Shown one piece after another: positions 47,183-56,590 of a DNA stretch of 64,000 nt (the first letter of the stretch is position 1; every line of letters starts with the position of its first letter). The stretch spans positions 1,200 to 65,199 of the forward strand of contig CAJXIQ010000001.1 in NCBI GenBank assembly GCA_913054375.1, written 5' to 3'. This DNA comes from an uncultured Bacteroidota bacterium. Its GTDB lineage: Bacteria; Bacteroidota; Bacteroidia; NS11-12g; UBA9320. The notes under the pieces were generated by a model, which made no database searches, had not been told where the DNA came from, and worked only from the letters and a program-made list of their open reading frames with translations. Made by a program: the position numbers and the translations under genes.

Positions 47183-47764
47183 CTACTGTTTCAGAATAAA
47201 GGCTTGCTCATCGTAGGTACGGGTAAATTGTAAATGCATTGCTTTTGCTTCATTTTTGTCATTTGCAGAAGCAGTTACAACCCTATACAGTCCGTTTACA
47301 GATGCAATAACGGCATCAGTGCCTCTGTCTTTCATCTTGAGAAGCAATCTGTCGGCATTAGATTTAACACCAAAACTACCTATCACTAGCAGGAAGCGGT
47401 TGTTTAGGTTAACGTCGGTAGAGCCAGAGATTACTATGTTTGGATTTTCGCTAGGTATATTTACAGGCAACTCAACTACGGGCGTTTCTTCACTTACAAA
47501 ATCTAGGGTATCCTCTATGTTTTCATAATCTGTGTCATAGTTTATTTCCTCTTCTTCAACTTGGGTTATGGTTGTTTCGGTGTCTACAACCTCCGGAGTT
47601 TCTGTAGGAATAAGTTCGTTTGCTGTTGCAGTATTAATCTCCATCGGTTTGAAAAATACAAACCAAATAAAGCCACTGCATGCCAAACTATATAGAAACC
47701 ACTTCATAAAATTCATGGTACAAAAGTAAATGCATAGTCCCAACAAAAGCAAAAAGCCCTGCAC
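47183..47764 (-). CDS. SPOR-domain protein (membrane anchored).
   Basis: There is an N-terminal TM helix, an acidic linker, and a C-terminal SPOR-like segment FLLVIGSFGVKSNADRLLLKMKDRGTDAVIASVNGLYRVV. Confidence 0.65.
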   Translation of the reverse strand: MQGFLLLLGLCIYFCTMNFMKWFLYSLACSGFIWFVFFKPMEINTATANELIPTETPEVVDTETTITQVEEEEINYDTDYENIEDTLDFVSEETPVVELPVNIPSENPNIVISGSTDVNLNNRFLLVIGSFGVKSNADRLLLKMKDRGTDAVIASVNGLYRVVTASANDKNEAKAMHLQFTRTYDEQAFILKQ

Positions 47765-47802
47765 TTTCGTGCAAGGCTTTCAAGTATTATTAGTATTGAA
47801 GA

Positions 47803-48408
47803 CTATAGAGCGGCAGCAAATCTACTAGCTATCTCATCCCAATTTATCACATTAAAGAATGCTGATACGTAATCGGGTCTTCTGTTTTGGTAGTTAAGGT
47901 AGTATGCGTGCTCCCAAACATCTAGACCTAGAATAGGAGTTCCTCCACAGCCTATTCCTGGCATTAATGGATTATCTTGGTTTGCAGAAGAACATATCTC
48001 TAGCTTACCGTCATTCGCACATAGCCAAGCCCATCCAGAACCAAAACGAGTACCTGCTGCAGTACTAAAAGCTGCTTTAAATTCGTCGAAACTACCAAAA
48101 GCAGAATCAATAGCAGCTGCTAAATCCCCTGTTGGATTACCTCCACCATTCGGGCTCATTGCCGTCCAAAACTGGTTGTGATTGTAGTATCCACCACCGT
48201 TATTTCTTACCGCATTGTTGCTCATATCCATTTCCTTGCAGATGTCTTCTATGCTTTTGCCTGCTAAGTCTGTACCTGCTATGGCTGCATTGAGCTTAGT
48301 AGTGTATCCGTTGTGGTGTTTGGTGTGGTGTATTTCCATAGTACGCGCATCTATGTTTGGCTCTAGTGCATCGTGTGCGTATGGTAGTTGTGGTAATTCG
48401 AATGACAT
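47803..48408 (-). CDS. sodA: Fe/Mn superoxide dismutase.
   Basis: HHTKHH, AQFWNHNFFW-like, and DVWEHAYY motifs are present. Confidence 0.92.
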   Translation of the reverse strand: MSFELPQLPYAHDALEPNIDARTMEIHHTKHHNGYTTKLNAAIAGTDLAGKSIEDICKEMDMSNNAVRNNGGGYYNHNQFWTAMSPNGGGNPTGDLAAAIDSAFGSFDEFKAAFSTAAGTRFGSGWAWLCANDGKLEICSSANQDNPLMPGIGCGGTPILGLDVWEHAYYLNYQNRRPDYVSAFFNVINWDEIASRFAAAL

Positions 48409-48436
48409 AATTGTTCTAATTTCTTAAGTTTAAGTT

Positions 48437-48444
48437 CAAATTTA
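48437..48444 (-). promoter_or_regulatory. -7 promoter box TAaaTTTG upstream of sodA.
   Basis: Exact TAnnTTTG match on the minus strand, about 28 nt upstream of the ATG. Confidence 0.4.
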
Positions 48445-48482
48445 CATCTAGAACATCAGAATAGTAAATTTGTTTAACTAAA

Positions 48483-49055
48483 ATGGAATTACAAGAAGCG
48501 ATAGCAAGCCGCAGGGCTATATTTCCCAAGCAGATGAGCGGCAAACCTGTGCCTCAAGATGTAATAGATAAAATGCTAGAATTGGCAAACTGGGCACCCA
48601 CACACCGCAATACGGAGCCGTGGCGTTTTAAAGTGTACGCAGGCACATCAATGAACGCATTGCTAGACCAATGTAAAGACTGCTATGTAAAAAGTACTCC
48701 GGCAGAGAAGTTTAAAAGCGTAAAAATAGAAAAGATAGAAGAACGAAAACAGCAAGTAAGTCACATCGTAGCTATCTGTATGCAGCGAAACGAAATACTC
48801 CCCGAGTGGGAAGAAATAGCTGCTACTGCAATGGCCGTGCAAAACATGTGGCTAGTATTAGGTGAAACCAACACCTATGGTGGCTACTGGAGCTCACCGG
48901 CGTATGCTATGGGAGAAGATTTTAGGCAATTTTTACAGCTAGAAGACGACGAGCATTGCCTGGGCTTTTTCTATGCAGGAACGATAGACAAAGATGCTAT
49001 AAACGGCGGAGGCAAGAGAGGGGATTGGAGGGAGAAGGTTAGGTTTGAGGGATGA
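48483..49055 (+). CDS. Nitroreductase-family protein.
   Basis: The NTEPWRFKV motif is present and the protein is about 190 aa. Confidence 0.8.
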   Translation: MELQEAIASRRAIFPKQMSGKPVPQDVIDKMLELANWAPTHRNTEPWRFKVYAGTSMNALLDQCKDCYVKSTPAEKFKSVKIEKIEERKQQVSHIVAICMQRNEILPEWEEIAATAMAVQNMWLVLGETNTYGGYWSSPAYAMGEDFRQFLQLEDDEHCLGFFYAGTIDKDAINGGGKRGDWREKVRFEG

Positions 49056-49200
49056 CATTAGATAGTAGTCTCAGGCGATACGTGTTTTTTGAGCAACTTA
49101 TAGGCTATGCAATAAGTTCTGTTATCGCATTTAGCAGAACTAAAGCAGAGTTGTTCAAGCAACAGCCCTAAACACTTGACTAAAAACTTTAAATCAGTAC

Positions 49201-49208
49201 TATATTTG
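49201..49208 (+). promoter_or_regulatory. -7 promoter box TAtaTTTG ending 4 nt before the cysS ATG (candidate leaderless transcript).
   Basis: Exact TAnnTTTG match, with geometry TTTGcccaATG. Confidence 0.4.
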
Positions 49209-49212
49209 CCCA

Positions 49213-50688
49213 ATGTCTTCTAGACTCCATATATACAACACGATTACCAAGCAAAGCGAAGAGTTCAAACCCATAGAACCGCCTTTTGTGGGAATGTATC
49301 TATGTGGTCCCACTGTTTATGGAGACCCACATTTGGGGCATAGCCGCGGTGCGGTTATGATGGATGTGCTGTTCAGATACCTTACACACTCAGACTATAA
49401 AGTTCGCTACGTGAGAAACATCACAGACGTAGGTCATCTACTCAATGATGCAGATGAAGGTGAAGATAAAATAGGAAAGATTGCCAAAGCTAACAAGGTA
49501 GAACCCATGGAAGTGGCTCAGCAATATACCAACGCCTATCACCAAGCTTTACAAAAAATGAACGTACTCCCTCCAAGTATAGAGCCTAGAGCGAGTGGTC
49601 ATATCATAGAGCAGATAGAGATGGTTTCAGAAATCATAGAAAATGGTTTTGCTTATGAGAGCAACGGGTCCGTATATTTTGATGTATTAAAATATGCAGA
49701 AACAAATGATTACGGTAAACTTAGTGGTCGAAAGATAGAAGATTTAATAGCAGGAGCTGGCGAAGAGCGCCGAAGCCTAACAGGCCAAGAAGAGAAGAAA
49801 AACCCCAATGACTTTGCTCTTTGGAAGAAGGCTACACCAGAGCACATTATGAAATGGAATAGTCCGTGGAGTGAAGGGTTTCCCGGTTGGCATATAGAGT
49901 GCTCAGCCATGAGCGACAAGTACTTGGGAAAGCAATTTGATATACACGCAGGAGGAATGGACTTGCTGTTTCCGCACCACGAGAGTGAGATGGCACAGAG
50001 TCATTCTTGCGGAAGGTCTACGCCCAACTATTGGATGCACAACAATATGATCACCATTAACGGGCAGAAAATGGCCAAAAGCTTAAATAATGGTGTTTTG
50101 ATAGAAGAACTCTTTAGCGGAGATCATCACTTGCTAGAGCAAGCGTACACGCCAATGACACTGAGGTTTTTCTTGCTGCAGGCCCACTACCGCAGTACCC
50201 AAGATTTTAGCAACGAGGCACTACAAGCAGCAGAAAAGGGATACAAACGCTTGATGAATGCCGCTTCGAAAACAGAGACCTTACCTACTTCAGACGTTAG
50301 TACCATGAATATAGCTGAATGGAGCGAAAAGCTCTACGCTCAGCTGAATAATGACCTTGCCACTCCACAGGTAATAGCAACACTTTTTGAAGCTGCAAAA
50401 TGGATAAATGAGGTAGACGCTAAGAAGATGAAAATCGCAGCAGCAGACAAGGAGTTGCTACATACTACATTTCATAACTTTACTTTCCGTATTCTAGGAC
50501 TAGCATCTGAAGATGCGGGAGACAACGAAGCCATGGATGGCGTTATGAATATGGTACTAGACATACGTAAATCTGCCAAAGAAAACAAAGACTGGACAAC
50601 TGCAGATAAGATTCGCGATGGTTTAAAAGAAGCGGGCGTAGAGGTAATGGACGGTAAAGAGGGAAGCACTTATAAATTGAACCAATGA
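49213..50688 (+). CDS. cysS: Cysteine--tRNA ligase.
   Basis: HIGH-motif variant PHLGHSRG, the KMAKS motif KMAKSLNN, and zinc-binding Cys residues are present. Confidence 0.92.
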   Translation: MSSRLHIYNTITKQSEEFKPIEPPFVGMYLCGPTVYGDPHLGHSRGAVMMDVLFRYLTHSDYKVRYVRNITDVGHLLNDADEGEDKIGKIAKANKVEPMEVAQQYTNAYHQALQKMNVLPPSIEPRASGHIIEQIEMVSEIIENGFAYESNGSVYFDVLKYAETNDYGKLSGRKIEDLIAGAGEERRSLTGQEEKKNPNDFALWKKATPEHIMKWNSPWSEGFPGWHIECSAMSDKYLGKQFDIHAGGMDLLFPHHESEMAQSHSCGRSTPNYWMHNNMITINGQKMAKSLNNGVLIEELFSGDHHLLEQAYTPMTLRFFLLQAHYRSTQDFSNEALQAAEKGYKRLMNAASKTETLPTSDVSTMNIAEWSEKLYAQLNNDLATPQVIATLFEAAKWINEVDAKKMKIAAADKELLHTTFHNFTFRILGLASEDAGDNEAMDGVMNMVLDIRKSAKENKDWTTADKIRDGLKEAGVEVMDGKEGSTYKLNQ

Positions 50689-51659
50689 AAACAGTAACTA
50701 AAATAGCAGTTCTATCTTTTCTGCTTTTAGCCTTTTCTGCTTGCTCCAATTCTACTACGACCGAAACAAAAAAACCAAGTAGGCCAAGCAAAGCGTCCAC
50801 TGAGGTACTGTTTGATGCCGATAGTGCATACCAATATGTACAAGAACAAGTAGATTTTGGACCGCGTGTGCCGGGTACTGCGGCTCATGCCAAAACAGCC
50901 ATTTACTTGCAACAGAAACTAGCACGGTTTTGCGATACAGCTTTCACGCAGTACGGTACCATGCCTACAGGCAGAGGAGCTAATGTAGCCATTAAGAATA
51001 TTATAGGGTCCGTAAACCCACAAAAAACTAAGCGAGTATTGCTGTGTGCCCATTGGGATACGCGTCCTATGGCAGACCAAGATAAAGAGGACCCCACTAC
51101 TCCTGCAGACGGTGCCAATGACGGTGCCAGTGGGGTGGGTGTACTCATAGAAATTGCTCGTCAGTTACAAGCACAGCGACCAGATGCAGGTGTAGACATT
51201 GTGTTGTTTGATGCAGAAGATATGGGCGATAGCCGAGGTGCTCCTTCTACGTGGTGCTTGGGCTCTCAGTATTGGTCTAAGACACCACACAGACCCAACT
51301 ATGTAGCCCGTTTTGGCATATTGCTAGATATGGTAGGAGCAGAGAATGCAACGTTTGCCATAGAAGGGAACTCGTGGCAATATGCTCAACCGTATGTCAA
51401 AAAAGTTTGGAATACCGCATTGAGCCTAGGTCATGCAAATCATTTTGTAAATTATAAGGGAGGTGAAATACTAGACGACCATTTTTTTATAAATACGATA
51501 CGCGGCATACCTACGCTAGATATTATACAATATGATGCAGCTTCGGGCGCTGGTTTTGGAGATTATTGGCACACACACGATGACAATATGAGCGGCATCA
51601 ATAAGAACACGCTAAATGCCGTAGGAAAAACGGTATTTAAGGTGGTGATGGATTTGTAG
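50685..51659 (+). CDS. M28-family peptidase/glutaminyl-cyclase-like lipoprotein.
   Basis: LLAFSAC has a lipobox. The motifs HWDTRP, GANDGASGVGVLIE and VLFDAEDMG (M28 metal ligands) are present. The gene overlaps the cysS stop by 4 bp. Confidence 0.8.
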   Translation: MKTVTKIAVLSFLLLAFSACSNSTTTETKKPSRPSKASTEVLFDADSAYQYVQEQVDFGPRVPGTAAHAKTAIYLQQKLARFCDTAFTQYGTMPTGRGANVAIKNIIGSVNPQKTKRVLLCAHWDTRPMADQDKEDPTTPADGANDGASGVGVLIEIARQLQAQRPDAGVDIVLFDAEDMGDSRGAPSTWCLGSQYWSKTPHRPNYVARFGILLDMVGAENATFAIEGNSWQYAQPYVKKVWNTALSLGHANHFVNYKGGEILDDHFFINTIRGIPTLDIIQYDAASGAGFGDYWHTHDDNMSGINKNTLNAVGKTVFKVVMDL

Positions 51660-51700
51660 TTTTTATATCAACTCAATCGTACCCTTTTCTATACCAAAAT

Positions 51701-52669
51701 CTAGCCTCTTATTATTACAAAGGCAATATAGCCAATGTAGCAAGTTAAGAAAAGTATTCCTGTAGGTTTCCCTATTTGCATTTTACCTTTTTTGCCTCTC
51801 ATTATGCTCAGGATAATAAGGCAAGACGCGACAATAAGCACAATAACGTCTGTGTTGATGGCTGGGTCGTATTTCATTGGATTGATGATGGCACTGAGAC
51901 CAAGTACCCATAGTAGGTTGAAAATATTGGAACCAATTACGTTAGCGATTGCAATATCTGTATTTTTCTTATAAGCTGCCATAGCAGAAGTAACCAATTC
52001 TGGTAGCGATGTGCCTATGGCTACTACTGTAAGACCTATCATATTTTCACTCAGACCAAACTCTTGTGCAATGGCTACAGCTCCATCCACTACCCATTTT
52101 CCTCCTAAAAAAAGTCCGGTCATTCCGAGTAGAACAAATAGGATAGACTTGCCCATGAGCAAGTCCTTTTCTGGAGCATCCTCTATCATATCTGTCCTTC
52201 CTCCGCGAGCAAGTTTGATGATGTACAATATGAAAAGTCCAAAGAAAAAGAGAAATATAACACCATCAAATCGACTGATCATATGTCCATATTCTGGATA
52301 AAAGATTGTAGCATTGGCTGCAAAGGCAACTATCAGCAGTGCCAGCATTGAGTACGGTATTTCAGAGAATAAGGTGCTCTCTTTTATTTTGAGCGGGAAA
52401 ATACAAGCTGCTATGCCGAGTATCAGTAATACATTGGCGATGTTAGATCCTATTACATTGCCAATTGCAATATCAGAGGCGTCGGAGGCACTTGCCAGAA
52501 TATTTACAATCAACTCTGGCATACTTGTACCCATACTTACTATGGTAAGGCCTATGACTAGGTCGGATACGTTGTATTTTTTGGCAATAGAAGCAGAACC
52601 AGCAACCAACCAATCAGCCCCTTTAACTAGAGACACAAACCCAAGGATAAAAAGTAGGTAGATAAACAT
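51701..52669 (-). CDS. Ca2+:cation antiporter (CaCA/YrbG family).
   Basis: Two alpha-repeat motifs GNVIGSNIANVLLILG and GNVIGSNIFNLL are present. Confidence 0.85.
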   Translation of the reverse strand: MFIYLLFILGFVSLVKGADWLVAGSASIAKKYNVSDLVIGLTIVSMGTSMPELIVNILASASDASDIAIGNVIGSNIANVLLILGIAACIFPLKIKESTLFSEIPYSMLALLIVAFAANATIFYPEYGHMISRFDGVIFLFFFGLFILYIIKLARGGRTDMIEDAPEKDLLMGKSILFVLLGMTGLFLGGKWVVDGAVAIAQEFGLSENMIGLTVVAIGTSLPELVTSAMAAYKKNTDIAIANVIGSNIFNLLWVLGLSAIINPMKYDPAINTDVIVLIVASCLIILSIMRGKKGKMQIGKPTGILFLTCYIGYIAFVIIRG

Positions 52670-52799
52670 TCAGGTGCAAATATGTCGAAATTTCTTTGGT
52701 CGACAATTTTTGCTCTTCGTCTAAATTACGGACAAATTTATTTTGGGTTAATATCAAACCAAACAATACATCATACGTTTGTGATAACAAAAAGAAAAT

Positions 52800-55175
52800 A
52801 TGAGAGGTCCCATATTAGTCACCCTATTACTGCTTACGATTTTGGGTTTTGCACAAGATTTTACCATAAGCGGCCGAGTGAAAGACGCATCAAATGGAGA
52901 AACGCTGCTGGGCGCCACCATATTAGTAGAAGGTGGAGGCGGTGCTATCACCAACGAATACGGATTTTATTCCATAACCTTGGATGCCGGCACGTATACT
53001 GTTACGTATAAGTACTTGGGTTATAGCGATATAGAAGAGACAGTGGTTCTAAACGAGAATAAGACACTGAATATAGAGCTTGGCGAAAAAGCCAATGAGA
53101 TAGGTACGGCTGTAGTAAGTGCAAAGGCGTTAGAGAAAAGAGTAGAGAACAAAAAGATAAGTGTTGTAAAGCTAGAAACCGCTAAAATCAAGGAAATTCC
53201 GGTGATTTTTGGTGAGGTTGATATCCTCAAAACCATAACATTATTGCCGGGTATACAGTCTGCAGGCGAGGGAAATTCGGGATTCAATGTGCGTGGTGGT
53301 TCTCAAGATCAAAATTTGATATTGCTAGACGAGGCAACCGTTTATAATGCCTCGCACCTATTGGGCTTTTTTAGTGTCTTTAATGGAGATGCAGTCAAAG
53401 ATCTGGAGGTTTACAAAGGAGGTATTCCCGCCAAATATGGAGGACGTTTGTCGTCAATTGTAGATATTAAAATGAGAGACGGAAATGCCAAGAAATTTGC
53501 GGCCATCGGCGGTATTGGTACTATCTCTAGTAGGCTTACTTTGGAAGGACCTATTGTAAAAGACAAATCAAGTTTCATGATTGCAGGACGTAGAAGTTAT
53601 GCAGATCTATTCCTGCCTCTGGCACCAGACGAAAGCATTCAAAACAGTAAACTGTTTTTTTATGATTTGAATTTAAAGGCGAACTATGAAATAAGCGACA
53701 AAGATAGAATATATGTGAGTGGATACTTTGGTAGAGATGTACTTGGACTTAGCGAGTTGTTCGCTATCAACTGGGGAAATGCCACTGCCACACTTAGATG
53801 GAACCATTTAGTTAACGAAAAGATGTTTGTCAATACCTCGTTAGTTTACAGCGACTTCAATTACGGGGTGGATATAAATTTTGCCGAAAATGCAAGTTTT
53901 GGACTGGATCAAGCGATTAATGACATCTATATCAAGTCAGACTGGACTAATTTTCTAAGTCAGAACAGTAAGTTAAACTTTGGAGGTCAGTTAATTTATC
54001 ACCGTTTTAATCCAGGACTGTTTGCCGCAAACAATGAAGAGTCTGCTGTAGTTTTTCAAGAAACACAAATCGAAAAAAGGAAAGCATTGGAAAGCGGGTG
54101 GTACATAGATCACGAGTACAAACACAGCACAAGGCTAAATTTTAGGTACGGACTTAGATTATCTACTTTTAGCAATATTGGAGGCACAGAGTATGCCTAT
54201 ACCAAAAACCGTGAAACAAATGAACCCATAAGCGAGCTTACAGACACTACCGTATATGGTGCAGACGAGTTGTACAACACCTACGCGGGGTTAGAGCCAA
54301 GGGCATCCATAAGTTATAATCTTACCAATTCAATGGCACTCAAAGGGTCGTATAACCGCACTTTTCAGTACGTGCAGCAAGCTACTAATACATCTTCTTC
54401 TTTCCCTACGGATCAATGGTTTAGTGTAAACAAAAACATAAAACCACAGCGAGCAGATCAAGTTGCCTTCGGTCTTTTCAAAAACTTTGACAGCGGACTA
54501 GAAACGTCAGCGGAAGTCTATTATAAATGGATGAACAATCAGATAGATTACCGGGATAACGCACAACTGGCATTTAATGAAAACTTGGATGGCGAACTTC
54601 TTACGGGAGAGGGATGGGCATATGGCGCAGAGTTTTATGTGGCCAAAACAGAAGGCAATTCATCAGGATTTATTTCATATACTTGGGCAAAAACCATGCG
54701 TCAAATAAACGGTATAAGCGGTGACAATCCGTATGTAGCTGGTTTTGACAGAAGGCATAATCTATCGCTTGTCTTTACTCAAAAATTTAGTAAACGACTG
54801 TTAGCAACAGCTTCTTTTGTTTTTGCAAGCGGTCAGCCGCTTACCACTCCAGTAGGTAAATACTTTTATAACGGAGAGTGGCAAACCAATTATAACGATC
54901 AAGAAAGAAACAACTTTAGATTACCGGCCTACCACAGAGCAGATATAGGTGTTACGCTGAAGGGTAAGGAAAAACCAAACAAGCGATTAAAAAGCAATTG
55001 GAACTTCTCAGTATATAACCTGTACAATAGAGAAAACCCGTATGCACTTTACTTTAGGGAGTTAAACGATGCAGATTTAGACAAGTTTCCAGATGCGCAA
55101 GTTGGTAGTACGGCGGCACTGCAAACAACACTATTTAAAATAATACCTGCTATCACCTGGAACTTTGAATTTTAA
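52800..55175 (+). CDS. TonB-dependent outer membrane receptor with an N-terminal carboxypeptidase-regulatory-like domain.
   Basis: It has a signal peptide, a CarbopepD_reg-like segment ISGRVKDASNGETLLGATILVEGG, a plug domain, and C-terminal ..TWNFEF. Confidence 0.8.
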   Translation: MRGPILVTLLLLTILGFAQDFTISGRVKDASNGETLLGATILVEGGGGAITNEYGFYSITLDAGTYTVTYKYLGYSDIEETVVLNENKTLNIELGEKANEIGTAVVSAKALEKRVENKKISVVKLETAKIKEIPVIFGEVDILKTITLLPGIQSAGEGNSGFNVRGGSQDQNLILLDEATVYNASHLLGFFSVFNGDAVKDLEVYKGGIPAKYGGRLSSIVDIKMRDGNAKKFAAIGGIGTISSRLTLEGPIVKDKSSFMIAGRRSYADLFLPLAPDESIQNSKLFFYDLNLKANYEISDKDRIYVSGYFGRDVLGLSELFAINWGNATATLRWNHLVNEKMFVNTSLVYSDFNYGVDINFAENASFGLDQAINDIYIKSDWTNFLSQNSKLNFGGQLIYHRFNPGLFAANNEESAVVFQETQIEKRKALESGWYIDHEYKHSTRLNFRYGLRLSTFSNIGGTEYAYTKNRETNEPISELTDTTVYGADELYNTYAGLEPRASISYNLTNSMALKGSYNRTFQYVQQATNTSSSFPTDQWFSVNKNIKPQRADQVAFGLFKNFDSGLETSAEVYYKWMNNQIDYRDNAQLAFNENLDGELLTGEGWAYGAEFYVAKTEGNSSGFISYTWAKTMRQINGISGDNPYVAGFDRRHNLSLVFTQKFSKRLLATASFVFASGQPLTTPVGKYFYNGEWQTNYNDQERNNFRLPAYHRADIGVTLKGKEKPNKRLKSNWNFSVYNLYNRENPYALYFRELNDADLDKFPDAQVGSTAALQTTLFKIIPAITWNFEF

Positions 55176-55185
55176 GATATATTCT

Positions 55186-56031
55186 ATGAAAAAATTAATA
55201 GCATACACTGTTGCGGCTATTTTATTTACTGCTTGCGAAAAGATAGTAGATATAGAAATACCCTCAGAAGAACCTCGCCTAGTTATAGAGAGTGAGATTT
55301 ATAATATCAAGGACATTTGGAAAGTAAAGCTCTCTAGTAGCCAACCATACTTTGATCAAGACAGTGCCGAGGATGTATCTACCGCTTCTGTATTTATAAC
55401 AGAACGTGGCGGCGACACAGTGTTCTTAAACTATAGTGATACAGGAATGTATGTATCTGCAGATAGTCATCAATGTATTGTAGGAAATACGTATGAACTA
55501 AACGTAGCCTATAAAGGGCAAGTGTATAAAGCAGCAGAAGAACTCCAAAATGCTTTACCTATCGATGAGCTTTTATCCTTCTTTTTGCCTCCAAACGACA
55601 GGTCTTTTCCTACCGGAAATTATGTTTTCGTACAAGGACAAATAGATAACACAAAGAAGAATTTTTATCTTTTTAAAACGTATAGAAATGACACACTCAA
55701 ATCGAGCGATTTGGATAATGACGAGTTTGGGTCTGTATCTCTTCTCAATTCATTTTTTAATGTGAATGATATTTTGGGCGAGATTTCTAGAAACAAACTT
55801 CCAAGACCAATATTGTTTGATGTAGTAGAGGGCGATACCATTGACGTAGAACAATTTGCCATTACAGAGGAATATTTTCAATTTTTGTTTGATCTTAGTG
55901 CGCAACAATCAAGAAGTGGCAATCCATTTGATCCTCCCCCAGCCAACCCCAACAATAACATCAGCAATAACGGTTTGGGCTACTTCAGCGTCGTACATCT
56001 TGAGAAAAAAAGATTAGTGGTAGAGGAATAA
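55186..56031 (+). CDS. DUF4249-like lipoprotein, the usual partner of TonB-dependent receptors.
   Basis: MKKLIAYTVAAILFTAC has a lipobox. It lies immediately downstream of the receptor gene and overlaps it. Confidence 0.6.
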   Translation: MKKLIAYTVAAILFTACEKIVDIEIPSEEPRLVIESEIYNIKDIWKVKLSSSQPYFDQDSAEDVSTASVFITERGGDTVFLNYSDTGMYVSADSHQCIVGNTYELNVAYKGQVYKAAEELQNALPIDELLSFFLPPNDRSFPTGNYVFVQGQIDNTKKNFYLFKTYRNDTLKSSDLDNDEFGSVSLLNSFFNVNDILGEISRNKLPRPILFDVVEGDTIDVEQFAITEEYFQFLFDLSAQQSRSGNPFDPPPANPNNNISNNGLGYFSVVHLEKKRLVVEE

Positions 56032-56034
56032 AGC

Positions 56035-56490
56035 TTACTCGTTCCTCATCTTGTCGAGCAGCGTATTGAGTTGCTCATATTCGATATCGCTTAAGTTGCT
56101 ATGTGCGTTGATGATCTCATCTATCAATTGGCTAAGTACGATGAGTATATCGATTCCCTCTTGTGTGAGTGAAATATCTACTTGGCGTTTATCGTAAGCA
56201 CAAGCAGCACGCACTACTAGATTTTTATTGTTTAGTTTATCTACTAGTCTAGATGCGTTAGACATTTTGTCCACCATACGCTTGGCTATTTCGTTTATAG
56301 CAACTGCTTTTGGGTGTTGCCCTTTTAGAATACGCAACACATTGAATTGCTGTATGGACACGTTGTGCTTTTTTAATGCAGTATTCATAAGTCCGTAGAT
56401 ATGACTGTGCGTGTACGAGACATTAACAAACGCTTTCTCTGCTTGATTTTTAAACTTGTCTTGCCGTATGTGTTTTTCTAAGCTCATCAA
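56035..56490 (-). CDS. MarR-family transcriptional regulator.
   Basis: A winged HTH is present (QFNVLRILKGQHPKAVAINEIAKRMVDKMSNASRLVDKL). Confidence 0.8.
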   Translation of the reverse strand: MMSLEKHIRQDKFKNQAEKAFVNVSYTHSHIYGLMNTALKKHNVSIQQFNVLRILKGQHPKAVAINEIAKRMVDKMSNASRLVDKLNNKNLVVRAACAYDKRQVDISLTQEGIDILIVLSQLIDEIINAHSNLSDIEYEQLNTLLDKMRNE

Positions 56491-56590
56491 TTCTTTTAAA
56501 CATACAAATATGCCAAATTGTTGCTAACTGGATTATTTTACTCGCGATTGTGGTCATTTTTTTCCTCAAATTGAATAAAACCATTCATTT

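Noticed and set aside
52682-53011. A 109-aa ORF overlapping the TonB-dependent receptor start.
   Set aside because: It lies in a different frame across a signal-peptide/N-terminal-domain region with strong coding signal for the receptor, and its own composition is unusual (R/H-rich). It is likely spurious.
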